In this document: one piece after another, positions 39,520 through 49,258 of the stretch
How positions within the stretch are numbered: the first letter of the stretch is position 1
How the letters are laid out: the number at the start of each line of letters is the position of its first letter
Assembly: GCA_965223265.1 (NCBI GenBank)
Contig: OZ244999.1
Location: 6,592,001-6,656,000 of the forward strand
Direction of reading: 5' to 3'
DNA from: Planctomycetota bacterium
GTDB taxonomy: Bacteria > Planctomycetota > UBA8108 > SXIK01
Length of the DNA stretch: 64,000 nucleotides
Notes under the pieces: model-generated
What the model saw: the letters and a program-made list of their open reading frames with translations, nothing else
Database searches by the model: none
Told to the model about the DNA's origin: nothing
Position numbers and translations under genes: made by a program

Positions 39520-41562
39520 TCAGACGGTCCGGACTTCACTTTGATCGCCGGCGTCAAGCTGGTCGCCGCCGAGCAAGCGCTCGAGCTCGTCCGGAGACAG
39601 CTGCTCGAGTTCTGAAGCGAGGGCCTCGATCTCGCCTCCGATCACGACCGCATCCGAAGCATCGGGACGCGCTTCGCCCGTCGATTGGCCAAGCTCGTCT
39701 AGCGCGGCAGCGAATTCGTGCAGTTTCGGTGTGACGAAAAAGAGTCGAATCGGGGCGGCCTCGAATCCGGTTTGCTGCAATCGCGCGAGGATGCGAGCGG
39801 CGCGGATCGAGTCGCCACCGAGCTCGAAGAAGTGATCGTTTCGTCCCACCGAGTCGATGCCGAGAGCGTCCTTCCAAAGCCCAGCGAGCAGAGTCTCGGT
39901 CGGAGTTCCCGGGGGAACGAAGGAACTCGCTCCGTCTGACGCGTCGGTGATCCCCAGTCGCTCGGCCAGACCGATTCTCTGCAGTTTTCCGGTCGGCCCT
40001 TTCGGGATGTCATCGACGAAGATCAAGCGCTTCGGCGTCTTAAACGACGATAGCCGCTCGAGGAGGAACTCTCGCAGCTCGGTTTCCGTCGGCGAGGACT
40101 GGGACGCAAGGACAACCGCCGCCGCAACCTCTTCGCCAAGCGCTGCATGCGGTACCCCGAACGCAACAGCCTGCCGTACGCCTGGATGGCTGAGGAGCGC
40201 TTCGTCGATCTCGCGTGGGGCAATCGTCTCGCCGCCGCGGTTAATGATCTCCTTGAGTCGGCCGGTGAGAAAGAGATACCCGTCGGCGTCGAAATACCCC
40301 TGATCCCCGGTGCGAAACCACCCGTTCTCAAACGCTGCGGTGTGCGCCGACACTTTGCCGCCACTTGTACCGTTGTCACCGTCGATGCTGGCATGCTCCA
40401 CATGGACATTGCCACTGGCCGCAGCAACGTCGTCAACCGGGACCACGTATCCGGACATGACGTTCTCGCCCCGGATGACAACCTCGCCGACTTCTCCCTG
40501 GGGCAAAAGGCGTCCGTCGCCGCCCATGATCGACACGTCAGGGCCTTGCGAGATCCCGACCGAACCCGGCTTGCGCGCTGCTGGCGGCAGAGGGTTCGAG
40601 CACATCTGATGCGCCGCTTCGGTCATGCCGTACGCTTCGACCACCGGGGCACCGAAGACCTGCTCGAGCTCCCTCATGACTGCGGGCGGTAGTGATGCCG
40701 ACGACGAACGAATCAATCGAAACGGCGCCGCAGAAGAAAGCGCATTTGGGTCGTCGCGGAGCGTCGACAGAATCGCCTGATGCATCGTCGGCACCGCCGT
40801 ATACCAGCTAGGACAAAGCTCGTCGACCCAGTCCGTAAATCGTTCGGCCGAGAATCCCGGCGTACAGACAACACAGCCGCCGGCATGAAGTGACGCCAAG
40901 AGTGCCGCCACAATTCCATGAATGTGGAAGAGCGGCATGATATTGAGACACGTGTCTTGCGGCGACAGGGCCAACGTCGCTGCAACGTTGCGCGCCGAAG
41001 CGCAAAGGTTCGCCTGCGACAGCGGCACGATTTTTGGCCTCGACGTCGTGCCGGAGGTGTGCAGTACGAGCGCCGTATCGCTAGCACATGGCAAACCCGC
41101 GCTCGATGCGCCAGCGTGCAGTCTCCCGTCGGTAGTGAGCTCGAAAGTTCCGGCGGCAGCGTCTGGATCGGCCTTCACGCGCAGGACGCGGATGCCGCGT
41201 GCGGCGGCGACCTCCACCGCAGGGGAATCGTCACCGGCCGCGACGACCAGCGCCTTGGCTTTCAGATCATGCAAATAGAAGTCGAATTCAGGCGCCCGGT
41301 AACGCGGATTGAGGGGCGCGCTGACGCTGTGACTCGCAACCGCGAGCAGGGTGGCGGCCATCTCCGGACCGTTGTCGAGAGCCAAGGCGACCGAATCGGC
41401 GGCGCCGATACCGGCAGCTCTGAGTGCTGCACCGGCCGCTTGCACGTGCTCCCACAGCATGCGGTAGGAGGAGGGGGCACGGCCCGGAGCAGTGATGGCG
41501 ATGGCGCCGGGCTGCAGCCGCGCTTGCCGTTCGAGGAGTTCCGCTAACGTCGTGTGATCCAA
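39520..41562 (-). CDS. acyl-adenylate ligase (oxalate-CoA ligase-like) fused to a carrier protein domain
   Basis: LHTSGTTSRPK, MPLFHIHG, WYTAVPTMHQ, EAYGMTEAAHQMCSNPLPP, KGPTGK; carrier motif FFELGGDSI; GGAG RBS plus TTG at 41562. Confidence 0.88.
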   Translation of the reverse strand: MDHTTLAELLERQARLQPGAIAITAPGRAPSSYRMLWEHVQAAGAALRAAGIGAADSVALALDNGPEMAATLLAVASHSVSAPLNPRYRAPEFDFYLHDLKAKALVVAAGDDSPAVEVAAARGIRVLRVKADPDAAAGTFELTTDGRLHAGASSAGLPCASDTALVLHTSGTTSRPKIVPLSQANLCASARNVAATLALSPQDTCLNIMPLFHIHGIVAALLASLHAGGCVVCTPGFSAERFTDWVDELCPSWYTAVPTMHQAILSTLRDDPNALSSAAPFRLIRSSSASLPPAVMRELEQVFGAPVVEAYGMTEAAHQMCSNPLPPAARKPGSVGISQGPDVSIMGGDGRLLPQGEVGEVVIRGENVMSGYVVPVDDVAAASGNVHVEHASIDGDNGTSGGKVSAHTAAFENGWFRTGDQGYFDADGYLFLTGRLKEIINRGGETIAPREIDEALLSHPGVRQAVAFGVPHAALGEEVAAAVVLASQSSPTETELREFLLERLSSFKTPKRLIFVDDIPKGPTGKLQRIGLAERLGITDASDGASSFVPPGTPTETLLAGLWKDALGIDSVGRNDHFFELGGDSIRAARILARLQQTGFEAAPIRLFFVTPKLHEFAAALDELGQSTGEARPDASDAVVIGGEIEALASELEQLSPDELERLLGGDQLDAGDQSEVRTV

Positions 41563-41784
41563 GTGACGTCTCCATCTGCTGACTATGCGATGGAGAAGGA
41601 TAGGATGCGGAAGCCGCGGCAGCGAAGAGGTCGACGATGTTATCGAGCCTCCGGGGCGGGCGAATCGGCGCGCCGGGAGCCACGCCGTCACACGCACGAC
41701 GTCGAACGCCTGGGGTGCGGATGTCACACCGTGACGACGAAGAGCGACAACGGAGCCGCCACGGCCCTCGAAGTAAGCGGCCGG

Positions 41785-42078
41785 CTACGACTCGATGATC
41801 TCTTTGGAGTCGTCAACAGTCGTACTTCCCGCTTGAAACTGGAGTCGCACCGTCTTACCCACTGAATCTTTCGGAAGCAGAAAGGAAATCTTGTACTTCA
41901 TGACGGGCGTCGTGCTCTCCGCCGCGTCTTTCGGCGCGCCCAAACGGATCAATCGATGCGGCAACTCGGACTCGCCGAGAGTCACGCGGCCGCTTGGCGC
42001 CCCCTCGTCGGACGTCGCGGTGTACGACTGGTGGACACCTGCGAGGATTTTGTCTGGATAGTTGATGCTCAAAGCCAT
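41785..42078 (-). CDS. small hypothetical protein (97 aa)
   Basis: AAAGGGA RBS before ATG; protein-like composition. Confidence 0.6.
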   Translation of the reverse strand: MALSINYPDKILAGVHQSYTATSDEGAPSGRVTLGESELPHRLIRLGAPKDAAESTTPVMKYKISFLLPKDSVGKTVRLQFQAGSTTVDDSKEIIES

Positions 42079-42389
42079 TTGAATCCCTTTCAGATGACTT
42101 TAACCCAGCGCCTGCAAGAGACTGCTGAGGCGTTCTACCGCCATCCCGTGCAGGCACTGCGGTTGACTCTGACGCCGCGAACCGGCGGTGAGCCGAGACA
42201 GCGTCGGGACGAAAAGGTGGAAGCATAGCAGAATCCGAGCGCGGTTCAAAGCAGCGGCGAGGGCGATCGGCTGTTAGCATGAACGATCCTGCCTGGACGC
42301 GCGCAGCACGGCGCGACCTCACGGCCGGTCAAAGGCTCCGCCGACACAACCCACCTCCCTACCAATCAACTCTTCCGGTGCTCTCTAAC

Positions 42390-43223
42390 ATGTCCCAAGC
42401 GTCGTCCCGCAACTGGTTCCGCGAAGCGTTTCGAGCGGAGTACAGAGATGTCTACGCCGGCAGGACCCAGGAGGACGCCGAGCGCGCGGTCAAGGCAGTC
42501 GTGGCGGCTCTGCCGCTGACCGCACACGATATCGTGCTCGACCTTTGCTGCGGCCACGGCCGGCACCTGCGAGCGCTTGCCCGCCTGGGAATACCCAGCG
42601 TCGGCGTCGATCTCTCCGCAGATCTGCTGCGGCTCGCGTCCGCTGAGCTTCGTGGCAAAAAGCCACACGCCACGGCGGCCACTTCGCCCCGATTGGTGCG
42701 CGGAGATATGCGCCGTCTGCCGTTCGCGGCGTCGTTTACCGCTGTGGTCAACTTCTTCACCAGCTTCGGCTATTTTGAAACCGATCGCGAGAACGAACGC
42801 GCTGCAGCGGAGATAGCACGCGTGCTACGCCTCGGCGGACGGTTCTGCCTCGATCTCATGAATCCGACGCGCACTCTCAAGGAACTGAAGCCGCACACGC
42901 AGCGCACGGCCGGACGACTCGAGATTGTCGAGACGCGGCGCTTCGATCAGCAGCACAAGCGCATTGAGAAGCGCGTCGAGCTTTCGCACCCTGACTGGCC
43001 GGAGCCGCGTGGTTACGTCGAGTCCGTCAGACTGTTCACCGCTGACGAGATTGAGCGTCTACTGGCGGCTCAGGGACTGAACGTGGAACGCGTCGTGGGT
43101 GATTTCAACGGAAGTCCGTTCGACGGTGGGAGTGAGCGGATGATCGTTCTCGGGTCAAAAACCGCACCGCCGCCCGCATCGGGTGCGAAGCGAGGGACAC
43201 TCGCCCGGCGGGAGGAGTGGTGA
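42390..43223 (+). CDS. class I SAM-dependent methyltransferase (candidate bacillithiol N-methyltransferase)
   Basis: VLDLCCGHGRH, GVDLS, GDMR, FTSFGYF; directly upstream of bshC. Confidence 0.88.
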   Translation: MSQASSRNWFREAFRAEYRDVYAGRTQEDAERAVKAVVAALPLTAHDIVLDLCCGHGRHLRALARLGIPSVGVDLSADLLRLASAELRGKKPHATAATSPRLVRGDMRRLPFAASFTAVVNFFTSFGYFETDRENERAAAEIARVLRLGGRFCLDLMNPTRTLKELKPHTQRTAGRLEIVETRRFDQQHKRIEKRVELSHPDWPEPRGYVESVRLFTADEIERLLAAQGLNVERVVGDFNGSPFDGGSERMIVLGSKTAPPPASGAKRGTLARREEW

Positions 43224-43230
43224 AGACGCG

Positions 43231-44865
43231 ATGGCCAGCTTGACTCTTCGCACCCTCGGTCAGCACTGGCTCGAAATGGCGCCGTACCAGCCCCGCGTCG
43301 CGACAGCGGACGGTGATGAGTGGTTCCTGATGGCTGAGCGTTTTCGACCGGCCTACGGCTTCGACGACGCGACCGTCCGCGAGCCCGCGTGCGGTCGCGA
43401 CCGCATGCGCGATGCCTTCTCGCAGACCTACGCGGAGTGGGACCTGCCGCACACCGCGGAGACTCAGACCGCGCTGTCGAGAGTCGGATCGCCAGGCACG
43501 GCCGTCATCGTCACCGGGCAGCAACCAGGTTTCCTAGGCGGACCGCTCTACACGCTCTACAAAGCTCTCTCCGCTGTGGCGCTGGCGCAAGCTTATCGTC
43601 AGCAAACGGGACGCGCCTGTGTAGCGGTCTTCTGGGTCGCGGGTGACGACCACGATCTCGACGAAGTCCGCACGGTGCGCTTTCCTGGCGCCAGCGGCGA
43701 AGATGTCGTGTTCTCGTTCAGCGCGCCCGTCGATCGGCGGCCGATCTCCGACTATGAGATCAGCACGGACGACCTAGCGACGCTCGAGGCCGCCGCCGCA
43801 CACCTCGCACCGCGGCGTTTTGGGAGCGTCGCGCGTGAGTTGATCGAGCAGTATCGCGGTCGCAACTTGGCGAGCGGCTTCGCCGCGATGCTGCACACGG
43901 TGCTTGGAAAACACGGCCTCCTCTGTTTGGATCCAGTGCACTTGCGCCCCCTTGCCGCCGAAGTCGTCAAACAAGTCATCGAACGCCCTGACGGTGTGCT
44001 GGATGCCATCACGCGCGGACGATCTGAAGTGACAGCCAGCGGCCTGAAGCCTTTCGTCGCCGCGCGTCTGCCGCTCTTTCTACTGGAGAACGGTGCTCGA
44101 CACCATCTCTCACCCGCGGAAGGCGGCCTCGAAATCGATGGCGTCGGCCGGCACCTGTCGACGGGTGCGCTCATTGAACGCCTACGCACGTCGCCGCGTC
44201 TCTTCTCGGCGGGCGCGCTTCTTCGGCCGTTCGTGCAGCAGTACACGCTCCCCGCCATCCTCAGTGTCGGCGGCCCAGCAGAAGTCGGTTACTTCGCCCA
44301 GCTCGGCCCGCTCTCGCGGCTGCTCGGCATCGAGTCGCCGCCGATTGCGTTGCGTCTGCATGCGACCATCATTGATGGCCGCTTGGTCCCGATCGTCTCT
44401 CGGTTCGACGATCAAGCCATCGCGCGGGCGAAGTCAGCGGCCGGACTCGTCGCCGATCGCGACGCGCCGGACTCGCTCGCCGGCCTTGATGCTCTCGCCG
44501 CGACTGTCGCGAATGCTCTAGAGGACGCGGCGAGCGAGGTGCCCGCCGGGATTCCGAGCGCCAAGCGGCTCCCCGGCAGCGCTGACAAGATCGTCAGGGA
44601 CATTCGTCACTTCAAGGATCGTGCGCTCAAGGCGTGGGCAGAAAACCAGAAGAACGAACTGGCGCAAGCCCGCAAGTTGTGGAACTACGTCTATCCGTCA
44701 GGTGGGCTTCAAGAACGCCGCTGGGGTTTCCTTCACTTTGTCGCCAAGCACGGGGTTGACTGGATCGACTCCTTGATCGCTGCGATCGCCCAAGAACCGT
44801 TCGAGCTATCCCATCGTTGGCTGCTCTTCGATGCGCAAAAGGGTGACGCGCGGACAAACGACTGA
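43231..44865 (+). CDS. bshC: bacillithiol biosynthesis cysteine-adding enzyme BshC
   Basis: VTGQQPGFLGGPLYTLYKA, FWVAGDDHDLDE, GGPAEVGYFAQL, PSGGLQER. Confidence 0.92.
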   Translation: MASLTLRTLGQHWLEMAPYQPRVATADGDEWFLMAERFRPAYGFDDATVREPACGRDRMRDAFSQTYAEWDLPHTAETQTALSRVGSPGTAVIVTGQQPGFLGGPLYTLYKALSAVALAQAYRQQTGRACVAVFWVAGDDHDLDEVRTVRFPGASGEDVVFSFSAPVDRRPISDYEISTDDLATLEAAAAHLAPRRFGSVARELIEQYRGRNLASGFAAMLHTVLGKHGLLCLDPVHLRPLAAEVVKQVIERPDGVLDAITRGRSEVTASGLKPFVAARLPLFLLENGARHHLSPAEGGLEIDGVGRHLSTGALIERLRTSPRLFSAGALLRPFVQQYTLPAILSVGGPAEVGYFAQLGPLSRLLGIESPPIALRLHATIIDGRLVPIVSRFDDQAIARAKSAAGLVADRDAPDSLAGLDALAATVANALEDAASEVPAGIPSAKRLPGSADKIVRDIRHFKDRALKAWAENQKNELAQARKLWNYVYPSGGLQERRWGFLHFVAKHGVDWIDSLIAAIAQEPFELSHRWLLFDAQKGDARTND

Positions 44866-44915
44866 CCGCCAACGCAACAAGACCAGGCAGGACGAAAGGA
44901 AGACATCGCGACAAC

Positions 44916-45674
44916 ATGTTCGACATTAAACGAGCTAAACCTTGCGACATCGTCGCCTTCACGGCCCACCCCGACGACGTCGAGTTGAACTGTGCCGGCA
45001 CGTTGGCGTTGGCGGTGAAATCAGGTCGTACCGCCGGCGTCGTCGATTTTTGTCGTGGCGAGCTGGGAACCCGCGGCACGCCTGAGATCCGCGACGCCGA
45101 AGCGGCGGCGGCGGCTAAGGCACTTGGGCTCACATGCCGTATCAACCTGGAGCTCGGCGATGGCCATCTTCGCGACAACGACGAGACGCGAAGGCTCGTC
45201 GTCGAGGTGCTGCGCCGCATGCGGCCGCGCGTCGTGATCGCACCGCCACTCGTCGATCACCATCCCGATCATGTTGCCGTGGGCGAGATCCTCAGCCGCA
45301 CCGTCTACCTCGCGGGTGTCGCCAAGTACGCGCCGGGTGGCGAGCCGCTTCGGCCGCACGCGCTGCTGCATTACGTGGGCAGTCAAATCGTCACGCCGAA
45401 AATCGTCGTCGACGTCACACCCGTCTGGCAAGAGCGTATGGATGCGACGCTCTGTTTTCGTTCACAGTTTTACCGCGAGGGATCGTCGGAAGGTTCGACA
45501 CGGATCGCGCATCCAGAGTTTCTCAGTGCCATTGAGGGTCGCGCACGACATTTCGGCTCGACCATTGGCGCCACGTTCGGCGAAGCCTATACTTCCCCAG
45601 AGCCTGTGCCGGCGCGCGACGTGGTGAGGCTCTATTCCGAGGAACCCTGGCGCCCCGTCGATGGTGAGGGCTGA
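44916..45674 (+). CDS. bshB1: bacillithiol biosynthesis deacetylase BshB1
   Basis: AHPDDVELNCAGT, GELGTRGTPEIR, HPDH, FRSQF. Confidence 0.92.
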   Translation: MFDIKRAKPCDIVAFTAHPDDVELNCAGTLALAVKSGRTAGVVDFCRGELGTRGTPEIRDAEAAAAAKALGLTCRINLELGDGHLRDNDETRRLVVEVLRRMRPRVVIAPPLVDHHPDHVAVGEILSRTVYLAGVAKYAPGGEPLRPHALLHYVGSQIVTPKIVVDVTPVWQERMDATLCFRSQFYREGSSEGSTRIAHPEFLSAIEGRARHFGSTIGATFGEAYTSPEPVPARDVVRLYSEEPWRPVDGEG

Positions 45675-45840
45675 GCGAAGAAACGAAGAAGGAAGATGGA
45701 AGAAGAAAGAAGAAAGAAGAAGAAAGGATGCGACCGAAGACGGCGACGACGTTGAAAGAGTCTCACGACAAGACTGCAGCAGCAGAAGGAGACACACCCG
45801 TGGCGAATTCACGACAGGCAACAAACGGCGGGATGGGTGA

Positions 45841-46977
45841 ATGAAGCTCGGGATCGTATGTCATCCCACCTACGGGGGCAGCGGTGTGATGGCCTCGGAG
45901 CTCGGCCTGGCGCTCGCGGCACGCGACAACGACGTGCACTTTTTCAGCCATGAGTTACCGTTTCGCGTTCCGGCGCGCCATCCCAACACCAGCTTTCACC
46001 GCGTTGACGTCACGTCTTACCCGCTCTTTAAATACCCGCCGTACACCTTGGCACTGGCCAGCAAACTCGGTGAAGTGTGCCGGTCGCATCAGCTCGACAT
46101 CATCCACGTTCACTACGCGATTCCGCACGCGATCTCGGCGTATCTTTGCCGCAAGCTTCTCGGAACCGACCGACCGAAGATCTTGACGACGCTGCACGGC
46201 ACCGACATCACACTCATCGGCATCGACAGTTCGTTCTATGAGATGACGCGCCTCGGGATCAACACCAGCGATGCGGTCACCGCGGTGTCGAAATCGCTTG
46301 CCGCGGAGACGGAGCTTCGGTTCAAGCCGACGCAGAAGATCCGCATGATTCCAAACTTCGTCAACCTAGACGAGTTCAACCCGGCACGGCGTAGCCAGGG
46401 TCTACGCTCGCGGCACGCGCAGGGGGCGGACTTTCTTCTCGGTCACGTATCGAACTTCCGCTCCGTCAAGCGTGTTCGCGACGTCGTCCGCACGTTTCAT
46501 CTCCTCGAGAAAAAGTTGTCCGCACGCCTCCTCATGATCGGCGACGGAGTGGAACTCGAGCCGGCGAGGCATCTGGCGGCAGAGCTTGGCCTGTCGGAAC
46601 GTGTGAGCTTCCTCGGCGCGATCAATAACGTCGGAGACGTTCTCGCGCAACTCGACCTCTTCCTCCTGCCGAGCGAATACGAGAGCTTCGGCCTCGCCGC
46701 GCTTGAGGCGATGGCGAGTGGGGTGCCGGTCATCGCGACGCGGACAGGCGGAGTGCCAGAGGTCGTTGAGGATGGCGTCTGCGGGATTCTCTGCCAGATC
46801 GGAGACTACGCTTGCATGGCCGCGGCTTGCGAGGCAGTCCTCCGCGACCCTGATCGACATCAGCGCATGCAAGAGGCAGTACGTGAACGCGCGACGCAGC
46901 GCTTCGCGCAGGCACCCGTCGTCGACGAATACGAACGGCTCTACAAGGAGCTTTTGGCAGCAGAGACGGAAACGTAA
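45841..46977 (+). CDS. bshA: N-acetyl-alpha-D-glucosaminyl L-malate synthase BshA
   Basis: MKLGIVCHPTYGGSG, HVHYAIPHA, TTLHGTDIT, SNFRSVKR, ESFGLAALEAM. Confidence 0.95.
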   Translation: MKLGIVCHPTYGGSGVMASELGLALAARDNDVHFFSHELPFRVPARHPNTSFHRVDVTSYPLFKYPPYTLALASKLGEVCRSHQLDIIHVHYAIPHAISAYLCRKLLGTDRPKILTTLHGTDITLIGIDSSFYEMTRLGINTSDAVTAVSKSLAAETELRFKPTQKIRMIPNFVNLDEFNPARRSQGLRSRHAQGADFLLGHVSNFRSVKRVRDVVRTFHLLEKKLSARLLMIGDGVELEPARHLAAELGLSERVSFLGAINNVGDVLAQLDLFLLPSEYESFGLAALEAMASGVPVIATRTGGVPEVVEDGVCGILCQIGDYACMAAACEAVLRDPDRHQRMQEAVRERATQRFAQAPVVDEYERLYKELLAAETET

Positions 46978-49205
46978 TGGTCAAAGCGGTCGCGGAAATC
47001 GCCGTCAATGTGCCGCTCGAGAGACTGTTTCACTACGAGGTTCCTGAGCGACTTCAGACGAAGCTACGCGTCGGCCATCGAGTGCTCGTCCCTTTCGGGC
47101 CGCGGACCACGACCGGCGTCTGCGTTGGACTACCGGCGACCACCGATATAGAAAAACTTAAGCCGATTCGTGAGCTGCTTCACCCAGACTGTTTCTTCGA
47201 CGCGCATCTTCTTGCATTCACACGCTGGATCGCCGACTACTATCAGGCTGGTTGGGGCGAGGTGCTGGAGGCAGCGCTGCCGCCCTCAGTGCGCAGTGGG
47301 GCGACACGACGGCAGGTCGCGTGGATCACGGCTGACAGACCGGCCGAGGAATTGAACGCCACCGCCGATCGCGTTGAGAAGAAGGCGCCCGTGCGTGCAC
47401 GACTGTTGCGGTTGCTGGCTCTCGAGCCAGGACCCCACGAGCGTTCCGCTCTTCTTCAGCGCGCCGACGCCAAGTCGGGCGCGCTCAAGTGGTTCATGGA
47501 CGGCGGCTGGGTGACGCTTGAGACACGCGACTACGAACGGACCCGACCTAACGTCGATCTCGATAGTCTGGAGAGCCGCAGCGGGGACGAGCTGCATCCC
47601 GATCAGTGCCGAGCGCTCGAGGCGTTCGACGCGGCTCTGGAGAAGGGCGGCTTCGCACCGTTTTTGATCCACGGCGTCACGGGTAGCGGCAAGACCGAAG
47701 TCTACATCGAAGCCCTTCGCCGCGTGTTCGCCCGCGGTCAACGTGGACTCGTGCTGGTACCCGAAATCTCGCTGACGCCACAGACGGTGCTCCGGTTTCG
47801 CCGTGGATTTGAGGGCGCGTCCGTTGCCGTGCTGCATTCGATGCTGAGCGAGAGCGAACGACGCACGGAGTGGAAAGCCATCCACCGTGGTGATGCGCAG
47901 CTGGTGATCGGTGCCCGCTCGGCGGTGTTCGCGCCGATTCGGGAGCTCGGTCTCATCGTTGTCGACGAAGAACATGAACCGAGCTACAAACAGGAGTCTT
48001 CGCCACGTTACAGCGGTCGCGACGCGGCCGTCGTGCGCGCCCACATGCTCGGGATCCCAGTGCTGCTTGGGTCGGCGACGCCGAGCCTCGAGACGTTCGC
48101 CAACGGCCAAAGTCAGAAGTACGGAGTGATGCGGCTGCCACGCCGCGTCACGTCCCACCCCCTACCGACCATCACCACCGCGACGCTCGACAATGAGTTC
48201 TATCGCAGCGACGGCTCCGGCTTGATCAGTGGCAAGCTCGATCGATTGATCCGTAAACGGCTGCAGTCAGACGAACAGGTACTCCTGTTCCTGAACCGTC
48301 GCGGCTTCGCGACCTACGTCCATTGCGTCCGCTGCGGCTACGTCGCACACTGCTCGGAGTGCGACATCACGCTGACGTTTCACCGCGGGGAGAGCTCGCT
48401 GCGATGCCACTATTGCGGGCAGCGGCTCGCTGTGCCCCCCGAGTGCCCCGACTGCCAAATGCCGCACCTAAGGCGCTCCGGTGTCGGCACCGAGAAGATC
48501 TTTCATGCTCTCCAGGAACGCCACGAAAACGCGCGCATCGCCCGCCTCGACCGTGACACCATCCGCACACAAGATGCTTTGGAGGAAACCCTCGGCAAGT
48601 TCGGACGCGGCGAGTACGACATTCTTGTCGGCACGCAGATGATCGCCAAAGGGCACGATTTTCCGAACGTCACGCTTGTCGGAATCGTTAACGCTGACAC
48701 TGGCTTACATTTTCCCGATTTTCGCGCTGCCGAGCGCACGTATCAGTTGATTACTCAGGTTGCAGGTCGGGCTGGACGAGGTGCACGGGCTGGGCACGTG
48801 ATTGTGCAGACGTTTCACCCGGAGCACTATGCCATCCGCTGCGCGGTGAGCGGCGACGAAGAAGAGTTCTATCGCCGCGAGGTCGAGGTGCGCCAATCGA
48901 TGGGCTATCCGCCGTTCGGATTCCTCACGAAATTGCTCGTTCAGGGCAAGGACTCAGACAAAGTCGAAAACGAAGCAACTCGCTGCGCCGACCTGCTGCG
49001 GCAGGAAGACTCCGGTTGCCAGATCTTGGGCCCCGTGCCGGCGCCGATCGCCAAAGTGCAGGGGCGCCACCGCTTCCAAGTCCTTGTCAAATCCAACTCG
49101 CGCACGTCGCTGCACGATGTCGTCGCAGCTCTGCGTCGGCAGTCGAAGTCACGCCGTGGCGGCGTCGAAGTACAGATCGACGTCGATCCATACTCGATGT
49201 TGTGA
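46977..49205 (+). CDS. priA: primosomal protein N' (helicase PriA)
   Basis: GVTGSGKTEVY, LVPEISLTPQ, DEEHEPSYKQ, two CxxC pairs, QVAGRAGR; TAATG overlap with bshA. Confidence 0.96.
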   Translation: MVKAVAEIAVNVPLERLFHYEVPERLQTKLRVGHRVLVPFGPRTTTGVCVGLPATTDIEKLKPIRELLHPDCFFDAHLLAFTRWIADYYQAGWGEVLEAALPPSVRSGATRRQVAWITADRPAEELNATADRVEKKAPVRARLLRLLALEPGPHERSALLQRADAKSGALKWFMDGGWVTLETRDYERTRPNVDLDSLESRSGDELHPDQCRALEAFDAALEKGGFAPFLIHGVTGSGKTEVYIEALRRVFARGQRGLVLVPEISLTPQTVLRFRRGFEGASVAVLHSMLSESERRTEWKAIHRGDAQLVIGARSAVFAPIRELGLIVVDEEHEPSYKQESSPRYSGRDAAVVRAHMLGIPVLLGSATPSLETFANGQSQKYGVMRLPRRVTSHPLPTITTATLDNEFYRSDGSGLISGKLDRLIRKRLQSDEQVLLFLNRRGFATYVHCVRCGYVAHCSECDITLTFHRGESSLRCHYCGQRLAVPPECPDCQMPHLRRSGVGTEKIFHALQERHENARIARLDRDTIRTQDALEETLGKFGRGEYDILVGTQMIAKGHDFPNVTLVGIVNADTGLHFPDFRAAERTYQLITQVAGRAGRGARAGHVIVQTFHPEHYAIRCAVSGDEEEFYRREVEVRQSMGYPPFGFLTKLLVQGKDSDKVENEATRCADLLRQEDSGCQILGPVPAPIAKVQGRHRFQVLVKSNSRTSLHDVVAALRRQSKSRRGGVEVQIDVDPYSML

Positions 49206-49258
49206 ACACGCAAGGCTCAAGGCGCTTTTCAAACCTGCATCCAGGCGGGATCGCCGCG

